Positions 54,051-64,000 of a stretch of 64,000 bases of DNA are shown here, piece by piece. Made by a program: the position numbers and the translations under genes. Source of the DNA: Camelus dromedarius. Lineage: Eukaryota. The first letter of the stretch is position 1, and every line of letters begins with the position of its first letter. Where the stretch lies: assembly GCF_036321535.1 (NCBI RefSeq), contig NC_087437.1, positions 23,066,001 to 23,130,000 on the forward strand, given 5' to 3'. A model generated the notes under the pieces. It was not told where the DNA came from, ran no database searches, and saw only the letters and a program-made list of their open reading frames with translations.

Positions 54051-57000
54051 TACATGAAATCATACGGATGCCCCTATACGCTTTTGGAGGAATTAGGAGG
54101 CTCTTACTGAGGCTGGAGTTGCCTGAACTGCATTTTTAAACACTGGGACAGGACGAGATAAGCGTAGAGGGCTTGCAGGAAGGTGCAGCAGCAGCACGTC
54201 AGTCTCTCTGGGAACTGCAGGTGGTCCAGCGCTGCAGGGTGTCCCGTGGCTAGTGACGGGGGAAGCCAACCAAGCATCCACGAGTCACATCACTGAGGAG
54301 GAAGAGCTTAGGGTGGGGCTGGAAGTGACTACATTTATGTTCCAGGGAAATTCAGTTATTTCTCCAAGTGACTGTAGCACTCAGCTTCTTGGGCTTCTTC
54401 AGTGCATGATCTGGGACAGCTACCTGGGCTGGTCTGGGATGGAATAAATAGAGATTGGACTCCGAGGGGTATTTTTGTCTTACTGCAGGCTGGCATCTAA
54501 GGTGGCACTCGTGCAGGTGCATTTCATCATTAGCTGGTCTTCATCCTTCTTCTCTTTCACAATGCTTTAGGTCTACCTGGAACCTTGGAGTTGGGGTTCT
54601 TACCGCCTCTCACAATGTGAGCATTTTCACAAGGGTGTATGGCTGCTTGTTCCCCTCTTCGGGGCTATGAATGTTTGAGGTGGAGAAGGTCAGTAGAGGA
54701 GTTCATCTTAAGAAACTGAGAAGTACATCACCAATTGTAGTTTCTCTCTGCCTTGGTTCTTTTGTATTTCAGTGATCTCCCCGACCATCCTCTGAGCTCA
54801 AAGAGTGTGGAAACCATGCCATATTCATCATTGTTTCACCAACATCTGACTGAGTGTTTTGCAAATCAGCCCTCAATAAAGATGTGTAAATAAATGTCGT
54901 GTTTAGACTTAAGTTTTGCTTTTGCCTGTGGCAAACATCTGCACCTGTGTTCTTCCAGGTATGGGCTGGATTGATTGGCTTTTAAAAGTTTGTAATAATA
55001 GTCGAAGTTTTATTGGATCTGTGCAAATTGCCTCATCTTTAAAATAAAATCTTAAATAAAATGCCACTCAACATTTTTTTTTTTTTTTTTACTGTTGAAA
55101 AGTTCTCCCAGATTTTCCATCACTGGCACAGCGCAGTGGAGGAAGCATTGCCTTCCAAATAGATAATCCTGGTGCTGAATCGTGGTTCTGGCATGAACCA
55201 GTGATGAAAAATGGTAAATAACCACAGTACTTGGAGCCTAACTCTCCTCCTTGATAAAATGGAGGCAATTAAGCTGTTTTATATAGAGAGTTGTTGTGAA
55301 TATTAAAAGGAAAAAATAGATAAAACATTGTTACCCTGCCACCTAATTACTCATTCATGTCAATTTTCCAATTTGACTTCCCTTCATGAAAACCAAGAAG
55401 GTTAAACATCATCTGGAAGGGGTGTGCCCAGTGAAAAACCTTTCTTCAATGGTAACTCACATTTGTGAATTCCTCACTGAATTTCTTGAGTAATTTTCCT
55501 GGATGGTCCCTGGAGCTACCTTGATTACTTGTTTATTTCATCACTTTGAAATATAAGTTTGCCAAATGCCATTGCTGGTGAGAATAAGAATGGCCCATTG
55601 AGAGCATTACTCTCTCTCTGACTCCTACAGACTGAAGGTGAGCTATTGCCTCCCACTTGCTGATTCCGGATTGCAAATGAGCATCAGTGAGGAAAACAAG
55701 CGTTTGTTTAAGCCTGCAGAAGTTGCAGTGTTTGTTTAATGATTACTACAGCTTGCTCTGTAATTATGATTGCATGGGTAATCCTGCACCATCTTGGGAA
55801 CTTTCAGAAAGTAATGACAGTAATTTACGGCCATGTGGTTTCATCTGGATGCTTAAGTACTTGGTCAGTGGCCCGCTTGTATGCTCCATTGCCTGCCTGA
55901 TGGACCCATTCCCCACCTGCCTATTTTTCCCCTTCTTGATGGAACACTGTAGAATGAATCCGGAGATTGTGTGAAAGACAAAGAGAAGAGAATGTGTGTG
56001 GGAAAGGGAGATTGGAAGATTGGAAGAAATTCCTTTTGCTGTATTTATTAGCTTTTCGATAAATGCAAATAAATCACTTTTCTTTTTTTTTTTTTAAGAC
56101 AATGGAATATAAAGTTAGTGCAAATTAGGCCCCTTGGTGACTAGGCAAAGTTTTAAAAGAACTTAGAAAATTCCTGTAGTCTTCAGGTAAACTTCTGTGA
56201 ATGTTTCCTTTTAACTGTGTATTTTTAGATAATTGAAAATGAATTGGAGTAACTTTCCATGGCTTACAGTTACTTGTAAGCATGTTTTATTCATGATGAC
56301 AAGCTCCTTCAAAAAAAAAAAAAAAAGCACCATGTTTAAGTCAAATTCAGATTTTGGGGGGAAAGACAGGAATGATAAAGAGAAAACCGAAAACCATAAT
56401 TGAGTATCTAGTTTCTGTCTGTTGCTTTTGAAAACGTGCCACATCCTGAAAGGAAATTCTGCTTACGTGTGCCACGGTCTCCAAAAGGAAAATGAAGATG
56501 TTGGTTCAATTCTTCAATAAGCCAGTCCCAAAGAATTTCCTTTGAAGTTGTTTTATATGCTTCTCCACTGAAAAAACTTTAAGATAAGTTATAACCCTGC
56601 TTTGTGCTTTGAAAATAAATTCAGCACATTAATTGTATTTATGGGAGAAAGTAGTAAATGTCCCAGAATGAATACACAGCCATAATTTACTCTGAAGCAA
56701 CTGCTACTGCCCATAAACTTCTCCTCCTCGCCTCTCCTGGTTTATGACATCAGCCAGCCTCACAAATGAATCACTGCTTTGTGCACCATCAGGTCCCTGC
56801 TCTATGTAAATTTCCACCAAATGCTTATCAAATAGGATTATTACTTATTGCATATTTTCTTTGCTGATTTTCCAGGAGATTAAATATCATCTATATTTTA
56901 GAGGGAGGGCATTGGTTTATCTGAGCTACGTATTCATTTGGACTCAGAAATACTTGAGCACCACTGGCAGGGTATGGGGTGGATACCAGGAGTCCCTTTG

Positions 57001-57829
57001 CATCAGGAGTTGAGAGATACTGTAGAAAAACCTCATCCTATGGGGGAGAGAATTGGCTGCATGGGCTTGGTCTGACATGTAGCCATGTCTTGCCGTTGGA
57101 TGGAAGAGTTGGTTCTAACACATTACAGTGTGTGTGACGCTAGTCCAGTGGTCATGTATCCACACTTGAGTTCTAGGCAGAAAATGGCACATGAGTAAAA
57201 CAAACAAACAAAAAAGAGCTATCTTTCTGCACATCTCTATACCGTATTGGAAGCAAAAGGCAGCTTTTCTTGGGGGTCAGGATAATAGGATAACAGTAGA
57301 GGCAGAGGGAGGCAAACTTTACTTTGGCAAAGGTGCTTCTGGCTTAAGTGAGCTCAGGCTCCAGATAGCCCAGGTGAGGTGCCCTGAGGACCCCAAGGCC
57401 ATGACGGTGGCAGAGGCCCTCAGCCACCTCCCATCCGGCAGGAGATGGGCACTTGAGGGAGCAGGGAGGCGCAGTCTTGGCAGGACCCCGTTGTCCTCCT
57501 TCATCCTGGAGAGCAGGTGAGAGCGAGACTGCATCAGGTACCACTTGGAGCCGCTGAGGCTTCTGGAGTTGGTGGCTGCCGAGAGAAGGGTTTGGAAGCT
57601 TGGAAGCTTGGAAGCTTGCCTGTGCTGCTCTTAAGGGAGTTGGAGGCAAGTGTGAGGTAGCTGTGAGAACTGAAAGATTTCCTCACACATTGGGGAATGA
57701 AATGCAGAATAATGGTATTTATTACTAACACTGGGACATCATTTCTTCCTCCAGGCTGGTGTGGCCTGAGGAAATGGGGATAACTCCTTTGTATTCTTAA
57801 AAATAATTTCCCCTTTGTTCAATTTATAC

Positions 57830-58100
57830 CTGTTGTCGATATACTCGTGGGTTAAAGAAAAAATGCACAGCCTTTTCTATCCCATTTTTGGAGAAGTATT
57901 AGGCTGTAACTTAACTGTGTGCAATCAAATATTGCAAATGGTTTTCCAAAGAACTATCATGCGATCCAGACAAATTCCATATGATCTCCTAAACTTGCCA
58001 TGGTTCTGTCTCCTGTGTCAAAAGTGTCTACTTCTCTAATGCTTCCTGTGATAACTAGACTTAGAAGATATGGTAAGAAGGTAGATTTGTGGCTTTTCAC
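57830..58100 (-). pseudogene. PKD1-family relic exon: REJ domain (5' boundary approximate)
   Basis: HTVKLQPNTSPKMG*..C resembles the REJ N-x-x-P-x-x-G-x-C motif; donor CAG|GTATAA at 57829. Confidence 0.45.
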
Positions 58101-58499
58101 ATCCGAAGATGAAATAATAAAAATGAAAATTAAAAACCACAACCTTGCGCATTTGAAGAGGTTCGGGGACAGAATAACAATACCAACATATTTAAAATAC
58201 TTTTTAGGCCTTTCCTCTGATTTCTTATAGGTCATGCTGCCTGATTTTCCATGAGGTCATCTTAATTTTTCAGACATAGGCATGTAAAATCAAGGTTTAT
58301 TTTTTGTCTCCTAGCCATATTTGCATCTAGTGATTCTAAGATATGTTTGCAACTGATTCTCACTTTATTTTTAAATACACAGGATGTTGTCAAAGGTTTG
58401 AATAGGTTAAACAAAATATCAATCAATAAAAAATACTTAAAAACAAAAATCAGAATCCATGTAAATGCTTGTAAAAATGAAATTTAAAAATATTAGCAA

Positions 58500-61400
58500 A
58501 CATGCCTTCTTCTGCCATTACTAGCAAGTCCTTGTCCCATTAAAGCAGTTCTCTAATAATTAAAAAATAAATGACAAAGGAAACATAAAACCTGTGAGAA
58601 GTGGTCAGAGAGAAACTATAGAGATTTAGAGTCTTGAATATACTTATCATGAAAATAAATGAAGTATGCTCAACTCAGGAAGTTATTACAGCAAAATAAC
58701 TTCAAGGAAAGTAGAAAGAAATTATTAAATGTACAAGTTGAAGTTAAAGAGAAAACTTTCAAAAAAAGATGTTAAAAAAAACAGAACCTGGTGCTTTGAA
58801 AATGAATTAAAGACATCCTTTTGTTGATAGAAAATTTAGAAAACCTGAGCAATGAATATGTAACTGCAGAAATCAAAGCAATTAAAAATTATAAAAGAAT
58901 ATTATGAAAAGCTTCATGCAAGCAGTTTGAAAACCTAGGTAAAATAACTTTTTAAGTTAACATTAACTTAGGAAGAGCCAAACGTTGGGCTAGACCAGTG
59001 CTGTTAAAAAAATTAAAATAGTGATTGAAATATCTTTTCATTATTGGTAATAAGGCAAATGGATTTTCTTGGAAAGAGCTAACAAACTGCAAGGACTGTA
59101 TAATTTCCATATTAGAAAAAATTTTCTAGAAGTAAAAAAATAGGAAAATTTCAAACTCAGTGAATGAGCTGAGATTTATCCTGATACCAAAACTGGATGA
59201 AAGTAATACAGCTATTTTTTTTTTGATTATTTTGAGTTTGTGCTTGACAACTTATTACCCCCTTCGCAAGATGTTATTGAAAGCTAAGTTTACCTAGTAT
59301 ATTTAAAATAGGATTTAGTTTTCAGAAACTTTATATGTGTACTTTTCCAAAATACACCTGATTTGCAAACAAGTTTTACTCATGGGAAAAATCAAATTAG
59401 AGGAGGCACATTTGAAAGCAAGCAAGTGTTGAGTTCGAGTTTCCACATGGAGCAGGATGCTTCATGAAATTCCAAAAAAGATTTTGGAAAATATCTATAT
59501 AGGCACAGGAAAACAACAGCGCCATACACAAACTCTTAATTTCTAAAAGAGAGAAAATAGGATCAGATCTATGGATAAAAATAAGATGAACTGGCAGCCC
59601 ACGACATATAGGAAAACATTGCTATGGCAATAGAATAGTTCTAGGAGCTACAAACTAAGAATAAGTGGATGAAAAAATTCAAGAAAAGTCAATGGGTAAA
59701 CTCTCAGATTTAATAAAATTCAGTAAGTTTGCCAGATCAACTTATAAAAATCATTTATTTCCCTAAATATTAGTAGAGTTTAAAGCAATACTAAAGTAAA
59801 TGATACTGTTGCATACATCAAAATAACCAAAATTAAAATTCTGCAATGTCAAGAAATAAACCTTATAAAATATGAGAAATTTATGAAAAATATAAACTTG
59901 TACTGAGAGACATAAAAGAAAACCTTAATGAGTGAAACATACACAGAAAAATTAAAATGGCATTACAGGATCTTGAAAGGGTATAAAGTTAGAAAAAGAG
60001 CATCTCCCATGCTGAAAAGAAAAAGCCAGAAAATGTATGAAATCCTCATTTTTCTCAAACCCACAAAAAAGTGCAAGAATGAGACCCAGCTGAGGTCTCA
60101 GGGCAATTAACTAGCTAGAAATTTAAGGACAGAAAGATCTCCAAGGAGAGGCAGAATACTAATACAATTTCACTTGTAGAACAGGAGGAAAACAGGTTCA
60201 CCATAAAAAAAAAAATGATGAAAGAATGGTCTTTTCAATAAATGGTACTGGAACAATTGGACATCCATACACAGAAAAATGAACTTTGATTCATGGAGGG
60301 AGGGCTGAATTGTATCCTCCCTCCAGCTTCATGTTTGAAGTCCTAGCCCCTATTACCTCAGGATGGGACTGTATTTGGAGATAGGGCCTGTAAAGCAGTA
60401 ATTAAAGTTAAAATAAGGCCATAAGGATGACGCCTACTCCAATCTGACTGGTGTCCTTAAAAGAAGAGGAGATTGAGACACAAAAAGATACATCAGGGAT
60501 GCATGCTTACACAGGAAAGCATGCTTACATATAGCAAGGGGACCACCTGCAAGCCAAGGAGAGCGGTCTCAGAAGAAATCAAACCTACCAATGCCTTGAT
60601 TTTGGACTTCCAGCCTCCAGAACTGTGAGAAGATAAATTTCTGTTGTGCAAGCCATCCAGTCCTATGCCAGCCCTAGCAAACTAATATAATTCATAAATC
60701 AAATTCAAAACTCAAAATAAGTCATAGACTTAAATATAAAACCTACACTAGAAAACTTTTAGGAGAAAAATCCTTATGACCCTGAGTTAGCAAAGATTTC
60801 TTAGATAAGACACTAAAAGCATAATTCAAAAAGAATAAATTGATCATCGGGACTTCATCAGAATTAATCTCCGATCTTCAACAGTGTTTAGGGAGGGCAG
60901 AGACAAGCCAAAGACTGGGAGAAAAATACGCATATCCGAGAAAGAACCTGTATCTAGACTACGTAAGTAACTTTCAAAACACCATAATCAGAAACAACCC
61001 AATAAAAACGGGCACAAGATTTGAACAGATACTTCACCCAAGAAGATACTGGAATGACAACACATGACAAGATGCTTAACATCATTAGTTAAAGGGGAAA
61101 GGCAAATTAAAACTGCAGTGTTAATCACTGCACACTTTTTAGAATGGCCAGAGAAACAAAGCAGTTTAAAATTCCAATAATACCAAGTGCTAATGATGAG
61201 GATGTAGGGCAGCCGGAACTTTCAGACACTGCTGGTGAGAATGCAAAATAGGACAATCCTGTTGGAAAACAGTTTAGCAATTTCTTTTAAACATTAACTT
61301 ATCACATGACTTCACATTCTCACTCCTAGATGTTTACCTAAGATGACTAAAACCTTACATTTATCCAAAAATCTTACAGCGAGTGCTTCTAGTGGTTTGT

Positions 61401-62600
61401 TATCACCCAAACAAAAACTACCCAAATGTTTTTCAGCCAGCCAATGGTAAAATAAGATGTGGTCATCTGTACAATAGAACGCCACTCAGCAATAAGATGT
61501 AGCCATTTATAGGTGCCTTCAGCTAATGAGATGAATCTCAAGTACATTATGCTAAGTGAAAGATGCTAGATTCAAAAGGCTACATAGTATATGATTCCAT
61601 TTATGAGACTTTATGCAAAAGGGAACCATAGGGACAGAAAAAAGATCAGAAGTTGTCTGGGTCTGGGTATTGGACTAAGGGTTGACAAAAGGGACTTGAA
61701 GGAATTCTTTTGGGAGATGAAACTGTTGTGTGTCTTGATTGTGGTAGTGGTATCATGACTGCATGCATTTGTCAAAACTTGTGCACTTTTAGAATGAATT
61801 TTATTGCCTATAAATAATACCTCCATACACTTGGCTTCCAAAGACAGGATTTGAAGAAAGAATAGAATAATATATTGGATTAATTTAGGGAGAGGAAAGT
61901 CTTCCTAACTAAACACAAAGCCCACAGATTTGGATACAAAAAGATGTAAACTTCTGTATAATGAAATGCACTAAATATAAAGCCAAACTTGCATTAAACT
62001 GGAAAATATTTACAACATACTTAACAGACAACAAGTTGGTACCCAGAATATCCAAACTGTTTCTATAAATTAGTGAAAACAAAATACAAAAAACACAGTT
62101 AAAAAAAAAGTCTCCAAACATGAATCTCAGTTTCCTGAGGTATCTTTCAATGAAAATGTGCTAACTTGTATTGTCAATCAGGACGCAATTAAATTACCAA
62201 CTGAGATGTTTTTACACATTAGATTAGCATATGCTGTTGAACTGAGAATGAAGGTCAAGCAGGTGACTCACACACTCTGGTTGGGGTGTACAGGGAAGAA
62301 TCTGCTGGGAAAGCAATCTCATGGTGTCTCTCCAAAGGTAAAAAAGAGTACTGTTGACCTAGCAAGTCCACTACTAAAATTCCACCTTAAAGGTATATTT
62401 TTAAAAGATTGCATCTTATCTTTAATAATAAAAATTTGAAACTGGCCCGCAGAACTGTTGATAGGGGACATGTTAAATAAATAGTGCTTAACTGTATTAT
62501 GCCGCCAACTAAAAGATAGGATAAAGTTATATTTCTTTACATGGAAATCTCTGCAAGTCCCATTCTTAAGGGGAAAAAATAAACTCTATTTTAACATATA
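58500..62600 (+). mobile_element. Old L1M remnants (ORF2 and 3' region), fragmented
   Basis: A-rich; recognisable L1 ORF2 pieces (cttttcaataaatggtactggaacaattggacatcc; atcattagtt...caaattaaaac; ttggaaaacagtttagcaatttctt) and an L1MB/MC-type 3'UTR. Confidence 0.8.
60295..60690 (+). mobile_element. MLT1 (MaLR) LTR inserted in L1
   Basis: gggctgaattgtatcctcc...gtatttggagatagggcc...ttggacttccagcctccagaactgtgagaagataaatttctgttg...gccctagcaaactaatata. Confidence 0.85.
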
Positions 62601-62949
62601 TACTTTCCCATCATTCATGTAGGAAAAAAACTTTACAAAGAGGTATATGGATGAGCATGTGTGCATTATTGTATAAATTAATAGGAGGCTTGTCAAGGTT
62701 AGAGGTTGCTGCTATCTGTGGAGATACAGTAAATGAAGGGTTTGAGGTTTTGGACTGTATGTTTTTATGCCTGAATTGTTACATTGACAAAAATATTTAT
62801 AAATTACTTATGTAGTTAGAACAAAGGGAAGAGAAAACAGAAAATAAACTATATAATATGTAAGGTGCTGTGCTGTGCATTGCCTGTGTTTTGAAATGCT
62901 TTGTTTAAAACAATTTATAATTGTTCAAATATTTTGATCTGGCAGTGTT

Positions 62950-63230
62950 GAGTTGGGATCACTGAAAGCATCACGAGTTATTACTAACACTGTCGGCTCC
63001 CTGCCTGCCATTATTTATAGCCTGACTAGAAAATAGTTTGTCTCTAAAGAAATTCTGTCTGTTCCCTCCTCTTGGGACTCTTTACTAGGTAATGCAGACA
63101 TTCACACTGGGATATGTGATAAATACAATATTGTATAGCTAGTTCCTGACAGTGCCTGTGTTACTACAGGGAAAATTCAGAGCCAGATTTGAACGTGTAG
63201 GTTTTCTTTTTCCATCAGTGTGAAACAGAG
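62950..63230 (-). pseudogene. PKD1-family relic exon: REJ domain (boundaries approximate)
   Basis: PSVNVCIT* / ...GTDRISLETNYF resembles the REJ segment P.v.I.CI.NC.....sDRfSLflNC; frameshifted. Confidence 0.5.
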
Positions 63231-63568
63231 AACTGAATATGGCATGCTCATATATAATAACTCTTTACAATATAGACAGCCCGTCTCATAGGATTTGAAA
63301 CACTTTGCATGTCAATGTTTTGCTTCTTTAGTGTCAGTCACTGAATAGTTCAGGCTTCCATCTGATGGGAAGATTTCACTATTAATCTCTACCACCTCCT
63401 TACTCTGCTCAGAGATGTTCCAGCATCAATCAGTCATTACGTCTCCTTATTTTCTTGAAGGATGGTGTCATTAAACAACTTGCCTTAGGCCACAGAAGAT
63501 ATCAGTGGTAAAACCTAGACTGAAATACCAATTCTTAGTTCAGTGCTTGTATCAGCAAGTCTTGCTAC

Positions 63569-63900
63569 CTTAAAGAAACCTTTTTGCTTTTGCCAATCTA
63601 AGTTCAGATTTGTTACTGACTGAAAGTCTGATACATCTGGCAACTCCATAGAAAGTTCTTAACTGCCTGTTAATAAAGATTATTGAAGATTGAGAGGGTT
63701 CTTTCCATTCAAGAAGTCAAAGGAAATGGGAACTGAACTCTGAATATTGAACTGAAGAATGGTAGTTATTGGGGCTGTTCCAGATATCCAGCTCTCTCTC
63801 TTCTGAGCACGTGGAAGGGTTGCATGCCTGCACCAATTGCAGCTGTGTGTAACCACATGGCTTGCTTTAGCTTTAAGATGTGAAGAAAGCAATGCCTGCC
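63569..63900 (-). pseudogene. PKD1-family relic exon: start of REJ domain (5' boundary approximate)
   Basis: WISGTAPITTILQFNIQSSVPISFDFLNGKNPLNLQ* then, after a frameshift, KNFLWSC. Fits the REJ start pattern S-x-D-...-PL-...-F-x-W-x-C. Candidate donor AAG|GTAGCA at 63568. Confidence 0.6.
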
Positions 63901-64000
63901 CTTCCAGGGGGTGGCTGTCAGAGCCAGTGTGTGCCTGGCTATTTCTTTTACCCATTAGAGTGATGGGCACTGTTCCAGATAGTGACTGCTCCATCCACCT

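Larger units (their letters stand above)
7291..64000 (-). pseudogene. Multi-exon polycystin-1 (PKD1-family, PKDREJ-like) relic gene; 5' part probably extends beyond the window
   Basis: About 18 minus-strand segments, many with AG/GT boundaries, translate to motifs in canonical polycystin-1 order: REJ (S.D..NPL..FLWSC; DRISLETN; LPGM..IITLVDWEGAISEITL), GAIN, GPS (KHIS.F), TM1, PLAT (SGT..V; DVEN..LF), TM2-5. Multiple in-frame stops and frameshifts. Comparison is by eye from remembered family sequences. Confidence 0.75.

Noticed and set aside
57592..57618. (TTGGAAGC)x3 short tandem repeat
   Set aside because: Simple slippage repeat with no spacers; not CRISPR-like. No CRISPR or prokaryotic features are seen in this mammalian DNA.
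7291..64000. Calling the relic an intact CDS, or naming it PKDREJ/PKD1/PKD1L1-3
   Set aside because: Too many stops and frameshifts for sequencing error. PKDREJ is intronless, and similarity to each known member looks too low for orthology, so no symbol is given without a search.

Overview
AT-rich mammalian genomic DNA, very probably from a camelid (Vic-1-type tRNA-derived SINEs). It is dense in interspersed repeats: L1 of several ages, a near-full-length Tigger1, MaLR/ERVL LTRs, MIR, L2 and MER5. I found no intact protein-coding gene. The main signal, largely missed by the ORF track, is a chain of about 18 decayed minus-strand exons from the right edge (~64 kb) to ~7.3 kb. Their translations follow the domain order of a polycystin-1 (PKD1-family) receptor: REJ, GAIN, GPS+TM1, PLAT+TM2, TM3, TM4, TM5, linker, start of TOP, terminal exon. 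The chain has stops and frameshifts, and the best by-eye similarity is to PKDREJ, which is intronless in mammals. This suggests a possibly undescribed, intron-containing polycystin-1 family relic gene. A processed BOLA2 pseudogene with poly-A and TSD lies in one of its introns. All protein comparisons are by eye against remembered sequences; no database search was run.
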